Assembly: GCA_965200245.1 (NCBI GenBank)
Contig: CBDATS010000002.1
Span: 270,986 to 334,985 of the forward strand
DNA: 64,000 nucleotides
DNA from: a bacterium
GTDB lineage: Bacteria; UBA8248
Direction: 5' to 3'
Numbering within the stretch: the stretch's first letter is position 1; each line of letters begins with the position of its first letter. Position numbers and translations under genes: made by a program. Under the pieces are notes generated by a model, which saw nothing but the letters and a program-made list of their open reading frames with translations, was not told the origin of the DNA and did no database searches. Of this stretch, positions 1 to 10,004 are shown piece by piece.

Positions 1-279
1 GAGTTGCTCCCAGCCCTCTACCCGCGTCATCGAACTCACGCCCACGGCGCAACGGGCGCGAATGTGGTGTTTGGCCTCGGCGGCTTCGGCCATCCTGAGT
101 GGACTCTCCCAAAGCCGCCTCACGTCTTCGGGTCCGGGCGCGCGCTTCCATATCTCCCGGTGCACGTGGGGGTTCCCGCAGGAGATCACGGAGCCCACCA
201 TCCCGCACATGCCCTGGAGTTCCCAGTCGTCGAAGCTGAATCCATGCAGGTGATTGTGGCTGTCGATGAACCTGTCCAT
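1..279 (-). CDS. TatD-like/amidohydrolase-fold metallohydrolase, N-terminal part (runs off window)
   Basis: Not in ORF track. Manual translation from ATG 279: MDRFIDSHNHLHGFSFDDWELQGMCGMVGSVISCGNPH..., with an N-terminal D-x-H-x-H metal motif. Open to position 1; starts 2 nt after the methyltransferase stop. Confidence 0.7.
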   Translation of the reverse strand, partial: MDRFIDSHNHLHGFSFDDWELQGMCGMVGSVISCGNPHVHREIWKRAPGPEDVRRLWESPLRMAEAAEAKHHIRARCAVGVSSMTRVEGWEQL

Positions 280-281
280 TT

Positions 282-1073
282 TCAGGCCTCTGGTTTTCTT
301 GCCAGGAACACGTAGCGGTTGAGACTGAAAAAATACTCGCCGCGCTCGCCCAGCATCATCAAGTCCTCCGCCCAGGCCTTCGCCTCTTCGCTCGCCACGC
401 CGCCCTTTCGGATGACGAACGGAACGATAACGCTCACCATTGCGTGGCTGTAGTTCTCCGCAGGATACTCCGTATTGAGAAGGGGCAAAACCCCCGTATC
501 GACAATCTCGAAACCCCCACCCCTGAGCAGGCGCGACAATTTTCTCGGCAGATGGGGGTCCGCCAGATGCGCGTCCCATGCCTGGAAAATCCGCTCCGCC
601 CGCGTAGCATCCTGCGCACTCCACACGAGCGAACCCCAGTCGGTGTCCATGATGAGGGCGCGCCCGCCTGGCCGCAGTACACGGAAAAGCTCCGCCAGGG
701 CGGCCTCCATGTCGGTCACGTATTCATACACCTGGGAGATGATAACCGCATCGAAACCTTCGTCCGCAAAAGGCAGGTTCAAGGCGTCCGCTTCCCGGAA
801 CGAAACGTGGCGCTGCGTCTCGCAGCGCACCCTGGCGAGTTCGAGCATCGGCGCACTCCTGTCCACGCCAATTACGGTTCCCTCCTCCCCCACCATGCGC
901 CCGGCTTCTAGCGTCATGAAACCCGGGCCGGAACCCAGATCGAGCACGCACTCTCCCAGACGGGGAGCGAGAATTTCCAGCAGGGCGTCTCGCTGGGCGG
1001 CCACATCCGCCGTCGTGTATACGGCTTCGACGCGCCGGGCCGCCTTTGCATCGAAACCAGGTGGCTGGCTCAT
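282..1073 (-). CDS. Class I SAM-dependent methyltransferase (UbiE-like)
   Basis: VLDLGSGPG motif I, ADALNLPFADEGFDAV, RVLRPGG. Confidence 0.9.
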   Translation of the reverse strand: MSQPPGFDAKAARRVEAVYTTADVAAQRDALLEILAPRLGECVLDLGSGPGFMTLEAGRMVGEEGTVIGVDRSAPMLELARVRCETQRHVSFREADALNLPFADEGFDAVIISQVYEYVTDMEAALAELFRVLRPGGRALIMDTDWGSLVWSAQDATRAERIFQAWDAHLADPHLPRKLSRLLRGGGFEIVDTGVLPLLNTEYPAENYSHAMVSVIVPFVIRKGGVASEEAKAWAEDLMMLGERGEYFFSLNRYVFLARKPEA

Positions 1074-1356
1074 GCGTTGTCATCTCTCATCGTTGTGCAG
1101 ACCCGAACGAACAGCCAAAGTGTTATCGTCCGCGCCGGGTCAAGTCAAGCGCCTCGGGCGTCATCATTTTCGGTATCGCGCATCATCATCCGGGAATTTG
1201 CGGAACCAACCCCTCGGATCCAGGGCACGGAGACCAGGCGGTGCACCCTCGCTTTTTTGCCTCGATGCACACTGCGGCATTGACGCGCGTTTTCTCCAGA
1301 ACCTATAAGCCTAACGAGAGGCGTTTCCCGCGTTCCCTGGAATCTATGGACCCTTC

Positions 1357-2553
1357 ATGACCCCATCAAAGATTTTCAACCTTTTCGCGATTACGGGCAG
1401 CCACGCCGTCAACGCCTTCTACACGCAACTGCTCATCCCCGTCCTTCCGCTCATCGTCGCAGAATTCGAACTCAACTACGTACAGGCCGGTCTCATCGTC
1501 ACGACCTATTCGGTGGCGAACAGCGTCTTCCAGTTTCCCCTTTCCTTCATATCGGACTACACCCGGCGCTGGCGGACGATCCTCGCCCTCTCGCTGCTCA
1601 CACAGGCGCTGCCCGTTCTGCTCTACGGCTACGCGGCGAGCTACTCACTACTGCTGCTCTTCGTCTTCATCGGCGGCATCGGGAGCGCGGCCTATCATCC
1701 CCCCGCCGTTGCACTCATCACGCGCGAACTGCCCGAGAGGCGTGGTTTCTGCACGAGCCTTTTCAACGGCGGAGGCGAAATGGGGAACATCATCTCGCCC
1801 GCTATCGTGGGCTGGCTCGCCGTATATCTGGCGAGCTGGCGGCTGGCGGCGCAGCTGTACGTGATACCGGGTGTCATCTGGGCGGCACTCATCTGGTTCC
1901 GCTTCCAGGATCAACTCGGTGAGCGCGTGCCCCTGCGCCAGGCGGCGCGGTCCACCTACAGCGCCATATTCGGGAACAAATCACTCATGCTGCTCATCGC
2001 CCTCTCCTCGTTCCGGATCATGGGGTTTCGCGGTTTCACGGCCTTTATTCCACTCTTTCTCGCGGAACAGTTCGGCTTCGACACAAAAGGGGTGGGCTGG
2101 CTGCTCAGCACCTACTTCCTTCTGGGTTCGGCCACGTCCGTCATCGTCGGCAGGTGGTCGGACTACACGAGCAAGACAAGAATCATCGTCGTGCTCACCT
2201 TCATGTGCGCCGTCTTCATGGCCGCTCTCACCTGGGTTTCCAGTATAACGACGATGCTGCTCGTTCTTTTCTCGGTCGCCTGCATCCTGACACCCGTGCC
2301 CAGCCTGGTTCTAGCGGTCGGCACTGAACTGGTGGACGAGAAGGTGCGCTCGAGCTCGGTAGGAATGATCTACGCCTTCAACGAGGCCGCAAGCGCGCTC
2401 TCGCCGCTCGTGGGCGGTCTTGTGGCCGAGGCGATGGGGCTTCAGGTGGCGTTCAGTTTCTACGCATCGATGTTCGTGATCGGCGGGTGCATCGCTATCT
2501 TCCTGCACAGGGAAAGTGCCCTTCAGCCCCGGGCGCAGGAGGGCGAGTCATGA
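1357..2553 (+). CDS. MFS transporter (Fsr-like)
   Basis: 398 aa hydrophobic protein; HAVNAFY...P.LPLI and GSAAYHPP motifs. Confidence 0.88.
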   Translation: MTPSKIFNLFAITGSHAVNAFYTQLLIPVLPLIVAEFELNYVQAGLIVTTYSVANSVFQFPLSFISDYTRRWRTILALSLLTQALPVLLYGYAASYSLLLLFVFIGGIGSAAYHPPAVALITRELPERRGFCTSLFNGGGEMGNIISPAIVGWLAVYLASWRLAAQLYVIPGVIWAALIWFRFQDQLGERVPLRQAARSTYSAIFGNKSLMLLIALSSFRIMGFRGFTAFIPLFLAEQFGFDTKGVGWLLSTYFLLGSATSVIVGRWSDYTSKTRIIVVLTFMCAVFMAALTWVSSITTMLLVLFSVACILTPVPSLVLAVGTELVDEKVRSSSVGMIYAFNEAASALSPLVGGLVAEAMGLQVAFSFYASMFVIGGCIAIFLHRESALQPRAQEGES

Positions 2554-3752
2554 GCCGGGCGGAGAGAATCGGAACGGGGACGGGTGCGGAAAGACAGGTG
2601 CAGGACATCCCCTGGGGCGCACTCGCCATTTTGTTCACCGCCCACTTCGTGGTGGACGGCACGGTGAATTTCATCGCCCCGCTCCTGCCCCTGATCCGGG
2701 AGCAATTCCAGGTCTCGCTCTCCACAGGGGGCCTGCTCCTCACGTTCGTCTCGATGAGCGCTGCCCTTTCACAACCGATCACGGCGATTCTGGTGGACCG
2801 CTGGCCGGGCCTCCCCTGGCTCGTCGCAGGGATGGTCGGCAGTGCGCTGTTCATCACCTCCATCGGCTGGGCGCCGAACTTCACGACCCTCACCATCATG
2901 GTCGCCATCGGCGGCGCGATGGTCGGCCTTTGCCATCCGGACATGGCGTCGCGCGCCGGAGCGCTTTCGGAACACCGCAAGGGGCTGGTGGTGAGCGTTT
3001 TCATCGCCGGCGGGCGCGTGGGCCACGGGCTGGGACCCGTCATCGCCATCGGCATCGTCTCGCTCGGGGGCATGAAATGGCTCTGGGCGTTCACCCTGGT
3101 GGCAGTCGGGATCGCACTGGCGGTGCAATACGGGCTGCCGAAACCCGAGTCGCCCCACAGAACCGAAGACAGTCAAGCCTCCATCTGGGACTTCGTCACA
3201 GCACTGCGCTCAGCGGGTACGCCGCTGCTCCTGCTCTCTGGCGTCACGATTTGCCGCGCCGTCGTGAACATCAACTTCATCAGCCTGATCCCCTCGTTAT
3301 ATGCCGAACACGGCATGGGCATCTGGAGCGGAGGAGCGGCCAGCGCCATCATGCTCACATCGGGCGCATTGGGCGTCATGGCGGGCGGTGCCCTGGGCGA
3401 CCGCTTCGGGAAAAAGGAGGTTATCGTCGGCGGCATCGGACTCGGCGCCTTGTGCGTCTGCGCTTTTCTGGTGGTGCCGCCCCAGTGGGGCTTCGCGCTG
3501 CTGGCTTTCCTGGGCGTCGCCACCTACCTCCCGATGGGGGTGACGATGGCATTCGCCCAGCAACTGATGCCCCACAACCGGGGACTGGCCAGTTCGATCA
3601 CGCTCGGACTCTCGTGGTTCATCGCGAGCCTGACGGTCTACCCTATGTCGGTTCTCGGCGAGTGGTTCGGCCTGGCCAACGCCTTCTGGGCACTGCCCGG
3701 TTTTTTCATCGCCGCGCGCGCGTTCGCGTGCTTTCTGCCGAAGGTACGGTAA
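2550..3752 (+). CDS. MFS transporter (Fsr-like)
   Basis: ATGA overlap with upstream gene; HFVVDG, CHP and GGALGDRFGKK (MFS motif A). Confidence 0.88.
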   Translation: MSRAERIGTGTGAERQVQDIPWGALAILFTAHFVVDGTVNFIAPLLPLIREQFQVSLSTGGLLLTFVSMSAALSQPITAILVDRWPGLPWLVAGMVGSALFITSIGWAPNFTTLTIMVAIGGAMVGLCHPDMASRAGALSEHRKGLVVSVFIAGGRVGHGLGPVIAIGIVSLGGMKWLWAFTLVAVGIALAVQYGLPKPESPHRTEDSQASIWDFVTALRSAGTPLLLLSGVTICRAVVNINFISLIPSLYAEHGMGIWSGGAASAIMLTSGALGVMAGGALGDRFGKKEVIVGGIGLGALCVCAFLVVPPQWGFALLAFLGVATYLPMGVTMAFAQQLMPHNRGLASSITLGLSWFIASLTVYPMSVLGEWFGLANAFWALPGFFIAARAFACFLPKVR

Positions 3753-4153
3753 TACGCACGACAAAAAGACGACCCCGAAGTTCAAAAGCAGAGCGACCGC
3801 GAGCGGGTTGTGTCGAGAAGCGCGACTGGTCAAGCCGCGCCCGCTTCCAAGGTGAAAACAGGCCGCGCTGCCAATCGCGCGCACTACGCGGCCGGTAAGG
3901 CTGCCTAAAAACCCTATGCAGGGCGAATACGGGAGCCAAGCCCCGGCTCAACGCAGCCTCGGCCTCACATTGACCACCCAATCATCCAACAACACCATGA
4001 TCAACAAACTGAATACGTCAGCGTCTCACCCTGATTGTCACGCATATAAGGGCAGATGAAATGACAACTGGCCGGAAACGCATTCGAATCGGATTTTTTC
4101 CTACGGAATTTCATGGCTCAAGGGATTGACACATCATATTGTGTTCAGAGAAA

Positions 4154-5377
4154 TCATTTGCAGGCACGCGCCTGCACGTCCCGAATGAAGTCGCGGAGAT
4201 TCCAGAGCCATGCACGCTGGCCATTCGTGTAGGTTTCCTGAATTGACTGTGGCACCACCAGTTGCAGGTCTGAGCTCGCCATCTGGCTTGTTTGCGGTTC
4301 TGAAATCCCCGGTTCAAGTGTAAGGAGATGCTTTCTCGGAATCTTCGATGCCTCAGCCAGCACCTGTCTCCATCGATCCTTGCAGCTCGACTTCGCAACG
4401 AGCATGGTCAGGCACGCATGGCCAGCGTCAGGAGCGGCCCGATACGCTTCTATACCGGGAAACAGGAAATCCGGTCGCTGGTTGTTCTCGGTTACGGCAC
4501 CGCGGACACAGGCGATCCCGTGGGCACGGAACACTGCTTCCAGATGGTGTTCCAGTGCCTGTCCCATGCGCGATTTCCTCCGGTTCTGGACACTGAGCGA
4601 GAAGCGGATGAAGCCGTCAACATCAGCCGCTCCGCTCCCGTCCCGGAATCCTCCTTCAAGGCGTGTGGCAACAATCCGTCGTTCAAGACGCCGGAACAAC
4701 GCTTCCTCGTGGCTCAGCCACGCCACAAGCGCCGTATCGGGGTCGTCCTCGGCCCTTACCCCGGGCAGCGTGTCGCGGGCGAGGCCGGAGAATTCCACGG
4801 TCCCCGGAAATGTAATACCGAACCGATCGATTATGGTGTCCAGCCTGCCTGCATCCGGCTCTTCAGGCTCGATGCCAATCTCGTCGAGGATGAAACGCGC
4901 AGCAAAGTCCAGTTCCGGCTCGTCATCCGCGACCTCGCGTGACACGAATGACCGCCCGCTCGGGTGAAGGTCGAAAAGCCATGAGAGTTGCCGTTCGCTG
5001 GTTGACCCTTCCGATGCGACGATGAAATACAGCGTCCGGTCGCCGGTCATGGCGAGAAACAGAGAATCGTGTTCCCGCATGGCCTCCGTGACCGGATTGG
5101 ATGGATAGTAGAGGCACCATTCCGGTGCCCTGTGTGCCTGCTGTTCCCGCGCATCGTAGTGAGTGGCGGTGCCCTCGACAGTGAAGCCGTCCTGCTCCTC
5201 GCCAAGCCAGACTCAGACAACCGGGAACCGTTGCTGGACTTCGCCGAGGAACTGGCGGCGCATGTCCCGGGTGGTGCCCACCTCGTGCTGGTTGGACCGG
5301 CCGGGTTCGGCGTCCACGGCGGTCAGCCGCTTGACACCCGCTCCGGTGAAACAGTCACGTAACTGTCCGCGTCTCAT
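4154..5377 (-). pseudogene. EcoRII-like type II restriction endonuclease with in-frame TGA at 5213-5215
   Basis: C-terminal SVQNRRKSRMGQALEHHL, PDFLFPG, KSSCKDRWRQVL. The upstream in-frame segment from ATG 5377 (KRLTAVDAEPGRSNQHE...RFPVV*VWLG...YDAR...LYYPSNPV) continues the protein across one TGA. Confidence 0.85.
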
Positions 5378-5828
5378 CGCCGCCCATATCCATTTCCGGC
5401 TCGTCGGACTCCAGCCATGCTGCGCACCGTTCCGCCATCACGTCGTCCGGAAGACGTGACCGCCCCTTAAGGGCGCATTCCCAGATCGTGGCCACCCGCC
5501 AGCCGCTGTCCAGCAATGCCTCCAGGTTCCTGCCATCGCGGGCAACGTTCGAGTTGATCTTGTGTCGCCAGAATTCACTTCGGGTCTTCGGCCATTTGAA
5601 CAGATGGCAGTCATGGCCGTGCCAGAAACATCCGTGGACAAGAATCACCGCCCTGTGCTTCGGAAACACGATATCCGGCTTGCCGGGAAGATCCTTTCGG
5701 TGCACGCGGAACCGGAATCCCAGCCGATGCAGCGCAGAGCGGATTGCCTTCTCCGGCCTCGTATCCCTGCCCTTGATCCCCGCCATCATCCGGCTGCGGA
5801 CATCCGGCGTCACGGTATCGGCAGCCAT
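5355..5828 (-). CDS. vsr: Very short patch repair endonuclease
   Basis: RSRMMAGIKGRDTRPE, DLPGKPDIVF, HGCFWHGH, GWRVATIWEC. Confidence 0.95.
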   Translation of the reverse strand: MAADTVTPDVRSRMMAGIKGRDTRPEKAIRSALHRLGFRFRVHRKDLPGKPDIVFPKHRAVILVHGCFWHGHDCHLFKWPKTRSEFWRHKINSNVARDGRNLEALLDSGWRVATIWECALKGRSRLPDDVMAERCAAWLESDEPEMDMGGDETRTVT

Positions 5829-5831
5829 GGG

Positions 5832-7103
5832 TCAGGTGGCCACGGCCGGCTCTGGAAACAGGAACTCGTTCTGGAGCGCGGAAGGTAGCTGGCGCCCTTC
5901 CCGTGAAAGCAGTTCGGCGATATGCGGCTTCATGAGTCGGGCCACGGCACGGGCCACGGGCACGACCACGGCGTTGCCGAATTGGCGATAGGCCTGGGTA
6001 TCCGACACCGGGATCCTGAACGCTGCCCCGCCCGGCCTTTCGAAACCCATCAGGCGCGCGCATTCCCTCGGAGTCAGGCGACGGGGCCGGCGACCCTCCT
6101 GCCGGATCAGTATCTCCGAACCGTCCTTGTAGTAGCGCGCAGAAAGGGTACGGGCCACATCATCCGGACCGAACAGGGAATAGCCGAATCCGTTGCCCGC
6201 GCGCCGGTGCCTTTCCCTGTAGTCCTGAAGATAGTTCCACAAGTGGCTGCTGAGCGTGTACTTCGGATCGACATCCGTATCCAGGACCGCCCGGAGAATA
6301 GGTCTCCGGCCGGCCGGTATTGCCAGTCCGTCGAAATCGAAAGCCGTCGGCTCCCGGAACCCGACCATGAATATCCGCTCCCGCTTCTGGGGAACCCACG
6401 GAGAGGAGTCCACAACCCGCGTGCGGACGCTGTAGCCCAGCTCGCTCTCAAGCACGTGCATGATTGTCGCGAAGGTCCGGCCGCCGTCGTGCCGCTCCAG
6501 ATTCTTCACATTCTCGAGCAGGAAGGCAGGCGGGCGGTGATAGTCGAGTATCTTCGCCAGGTCGTAGAAAAGCGTCCCCTGCGTGTCGCAAAGGAAACCG
6601 TGCGGCTGGCCGAGCGAATTCTTCTTCGACACACCGGCAATCGAAAACGGCTGGCACGGGAACCCCGCCAGCAGGACATCATGCGCAGGCACTGTCCCGG
6701 GCTTCTCTGCATACGGACGTATGTCGCCCGCAAATTCGTGATCACTTTCTGCCGGTTCCGGGAAATTCGCGGTGTAGGTCTCCCTGCAGAACCGATCCCA
6801 CTCAGACGTGAACACGCAGCGGCCACCGATTTCCTCGAACGGGCGGCGCAACCCGCCAATCCCGGCAAAGAGATCGATGAAGCGAAAACCCTCCTGCCGG
6901 CCTGCGGGACAGCGGGTATTCGCGACCTCGCGAAGCTTTTCGATCTTCAGCCGGTCAATACGTTTACTTTCGCCATTGATGTAGCGCCGCACGGTTCTGG
7001 CACTGACGCCCAGCAATTCGGCAGCCTCTCCAATACCCAGCCCGGCACGGGTCATCAGTTCAGGGAATTCGCTGGTGCCTCGAAGGTTCATGTCATCATC
7101 CAT
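5832..7103 (-). CDS. dcm: DNA (cytosine-5)-methyltransferase with N-terminal HTH
   Basis: FIDLFAGIGG, AGFPCQPFS, ENVKNL, PQKRERI, RTLSARYYKDGSEIL, QAYRQFGNAV; N-terminal EAAELLGVSARTVRRY HTH. Confidence 0.95.
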   Translation of the reverse strand: MDDDMNLRGTSEFPELMTRAGLGIGEAAELLGVSARTVRRYINGESKRIDRLKIEKLREVANTRCPAGRQEGFRFIDLFAGIGGLRRPFEEIGGRCVFTSEWDRFCRETYTANFPEPAESDHEFAGDIRPYAEKPGTVPAHDVLLAGFPCQPFSIAGVSKKNSLGQPHGFLCDTQGTLFYDLAKILDYHRPPAFLLENVKNLERHDGGRTFATIMHVLESELGYSVRTRVVDSSPWVPQKRERIFMVGFREPTAFDFDGLAIPAGRRPILRAVLDTDVDPKYTLSSHLWNYLQDYRERHRRAGNGFGYSLFGPDDVARTLSARYYKDGSEILIRQEGRRPRRLTPRECARLMGFERPGGAAFRIPVSDTQAYRQFGNAVVVPVARAVARLMKPHIAELLSREGRQLPSALQNEFLFPEPAVAT

Positions 7104-7429
7104 GTGTCATTTCAGGACAATATGTCATGATTTGCCCCAGTGCACAACCCGGCATGTTGGAACGTGCCGACGAGAGCCGTCGGGTCGTCTGTCCCGAGGA
7201 TCCGCCCACGAGGTGATCGTCGATAACGGACGATGCCCTTGCACGGGCTCTCAGTGACTTCTGGCCATGGCTCCATGCGATGGCGTAGTCGAATATGTTG
7301 CGTAGCATGTCATAACTGAGGTTCGCTCCCCCAGCTTTCTGTGCCCGTATTCACAGAAGAAGCGGGCAATGTCGGTTCGCACAACTGATCTGACGTGTAG
7401 ATGGCCGGGAGCGGCAATGGGCAGGTGAT

Positions 7430-7640
7430 GGCCGCCCTACTCACGCACGAGAAATGCAAGTGCTGCGGATCACACTTGGTCGGCCTTCACCATATCGGGC
7501 TTGCCGAGCGTGACGCGACGTGGCTTGCTGTCACGGCGGAAGCGAAACACCCGGGATCGTGCGCCATGGACGAGGACAAGGCCACTGTACCTGGCACGGG
7601 GCCCGGTCGAGGCGGTCAATGAGAGCGTAGTCCCTGTTGC
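7430..7640 (-). pseudogene. Decayed tyrosine integrase Arm-type DNA-binding domain fragment
   Basis: GARSRVFRFRRDSKPRRVTLGKPDMVKADQV*SAALAFLVRE* resembles integrase Arm domains; internal stops. Boundaries approximate. Confidence 0.45.
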
Positions 7641-8367
7641 CGGCGATAACGACAGGGGTTCAAGTATCCGCATGTCGTCAAGCCTGGCCCGAGCACGGAT
7701 GCGGCACCCAGTCTTCTGAAGATCAGTGGCGGGCGCGAGGATTCCTGCCCATAATGACCTCCAGGGTTGTCCTCCTTACCGGGCTGACGCCGACCACGCG
7801 CGGTTCGGCGCGAATACTGATTCGCAACCAAGCATCGCGTCATGCTGCCATTGCTCGGCAGTGTGAGCGCCGAGCATTTCAGGCTGGTCGAAGAACTGTC
7901 TCACGTTGACCGGACCAAAATCACCCGGGTGACCGACTGATCCCACTGTGTCATAGAGTATACTACTGCGCATCTCAAAACCCTGTCGTCGTTCACAAAA
8001 AATATCGATCTGGAAGTTTGTCCTGCACGTCGTTTGCGTGATCATACTTGGTGCACTTACCGATCTGTCAAATACAGAATATCACGCCCGAATCTACAAG
8101 CGCTTACACTCATTTGCCTGGTGAACCTGTGTTCGCTTCTACCAGGCATGGTCACTCCCGGTCGATTCGTAATCAAAACGTATACGATCGGCATGCAACG
8201 GGAGCGAAGCGAAGCATAAATATAACGAAAATGCAAGAAGCAACAGGCAGGGACAAAAAAATACATGAGCAATAACAGATGTTTATATCAATTGAGGAAG
8301 ATCCGTCGTATCATTGTCGACAAGATGGATCTCGAGTCCTGTATTTCCGCTTTTACTGTCGCCCTGC

Positions 8368-9006
8368 TCAGGCCGTAACGGCCTGCTCGGCGAGGAGTTC
8401 GTCCAGCACCCGGTCGATCCGGGGTTGCTCCGTCCAACTCGCCTTGTAGGCGATGTTCCCTTCCCTGTCGATGACGAAGACCATGTTCGGCATGCGCCCG
8501 TAGGCGTTCACCACCGCCTCGTCGATGTCGTCCACCAGAACAGGGATTTTCATGCCGAATTCTTCCACCAACTCCTTCGCATAGCCTAACTTGTGCTCGA
8601 AAGAGGTGTGCTGGGTGTATTTTTTGAAGTACTTGCGCTCCTGCGCATGGGGTTCCTTCGAATAGACAACGAAGAACTCGACATCCTTGTCCTTGTAGCG
8701 CTCATACAGTTCGTCCATGCCCGGCACCTGCCGGCGGAAGGGCGGTCACGTAATGGCGCCGAATTCCAAAACGATATTCTTCTTCCCGCGAAAATCGGCC
8801 AGATTCACGGTCTCGCCCGATGTGCTCTGGAGCTTTACCGGCGGCGCGGCCTGGCCGGGTCTGAGTTGATCCTCAAACGCCTTGTGGCGAACCTTTCTGA
8901 ACCCACTCAGTTCGCGCTTGATCATCAGAAACGGATCCAGATACCATAGGCTCCACAACCCCCCCAGGGGGCCGGGCGGCCTGTCGATATAGTCTTCTTT
9001 CTGCAT
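8368..9006 (-). CDS. Deiodinase-like thioredoxin-fold selenoprotein (Sec87, TGA 8746-8748)
   Basis: ORFs 8746-9006 and 8368-8727 are in frame: VLEFGAIT-TGA-PPFRRQVPGMDELYERY...FFVVYSKEPH, matching deiodinase FGSxT-U-PPF and Y.xEAH. SECIS-like hairpin follows. Confidence 0.9.
8714..8738 (-). promoter_or_regulatory. Bacterial SECIS-like hairpin
   Basis: Minus strand CCGGC-AGGT-GCCGG; loop begins after a 16-nt spacer from UGA and has G at position 2; extendable lower stem TCC/GGA. Confidence 0.7.
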
Positions 9007-9120
9007 CTCTCAACCTCCTGAAAAGATGAATGACGAATACGGAAAACTAGTCTATTTTCCGGGTTTTGTCGATTCCCCTGAATGAAACCGGCCCCCCGTG
9101 CGGTGATATCGCGAGAGTCG

Positions 9121-9891
9121 CTATTCGGCCTCACGCCTTTCAAACGCGCTCCAGCAGACGTCCAACACCCGCTTGAAACCCACGCCTTCGAACACGCGCT
9201 CGGACGCCTCGTTTCCCTCTACGATGTAGCAATACACCTCGCGCCCTCTCGCGAATTGCGCCTCGACAAGGGCCGATACAACCACGCGCGCAAGCCCCTG
9301 CCCGCGGAAACGTTCCATGGTGTGCAACATACCGATGGAGCCATTCGCATGGATCACCATATAGGAGGCGAGTTCTCCCCCGATGCGAATCGCCGCGGTA
9401 GGGGCGGTCTGTATTCTCGCCAGGGCGTAATCCTCCCCCTGATCGTAGGGAGAATTCTCGGCCAGCGTCTTCGCATCCTCAATTTCGAGACGTTCCACAC
9501 GGTGCGTACTGAAGACGGGCCTGAAATCTTTCTTTTCGAGAATAAACATGCCCACGGGCGATGAACGGACGAGTTTCCTTCGTTTCTCGATCGCCTTTTG
9601 CACATCGACACACAGGGAGGCGAACTTGAGATAGCCATCGCTCTCCTCTATCTGTGCGGAGAGCCGCTCCATGTCTTCCAGTTTTGCCATTATCGCCTCG
9701 CTGCGCCCCAGCGGCGCGAGCCAGCCTCGCCCGGCATGTACCACCATCCGGGGCGCGGTGAGATTATCGACCCAGAGGGGGATGTCCCCTCCCCCTTCCG
9801 CGATGGCTTCCGTAAAACGCACCCTGAGCGGTCCCTGCGCGTTCAGGAAATTCTGGATGGATTCGCTCCGGGGGTTCTCCAACCGAAACAT
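9121..9891 (-). CDS. GNAT family acetyltransferase (FR47-like)
   Basis: IGMLHTMERFRGQGLAR, GNEASERVFEGVGF. Confidence 0.85.
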   Translation of the reverse strand: MFRLENPRSESIQNFLNAQGPLRVRFTEAIAEGGGDIPLWVDNLTAPRMVVHAGRGWLAPLGRSEAIMAKLEDMERLSAQIEESDGYLKFASLCVDVQKAIEKRRKLVRSSPVGMFILEKKDFRPVFSTHRVERLEIEDAKTLAENSPYDQGEDYALARIQTAPTAAIRIGGELASYMVIHANGSIGMLHTMERFRGQGLARVVVSALVEAQFARGREVYCYIVEGNEASERVFEGVGFKRVLDVCWSAFERREAE

Positions 9892-10004
9892 TTTTCGCTA
9901 CACTCCTATGTCGATGACAAACACCACCGCTGAACGGGTTGATTATACCTGCTCATCTGCTCGAATGCAGAGGCAGTAAATCCTTAAAGGCTTCAGGAGA
10001 AAAA

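Noticed and set aside
2516-3898. Long alternative-frame or antisense ORFs (also 5922-7130, 21497-22441, 22558-23589, 30127-31407, 47047-48165)
   Set aside because: Shadow ORFs over well-supported genes in GC-rich DNA, with no recognisable motifs.
5213-5215. Selenocysteine in the restriction endonuclease
   Set aside because: Hydrophobic non-catalytic context, no clear hairpin, and a second apparent substitution in the catalytic region.
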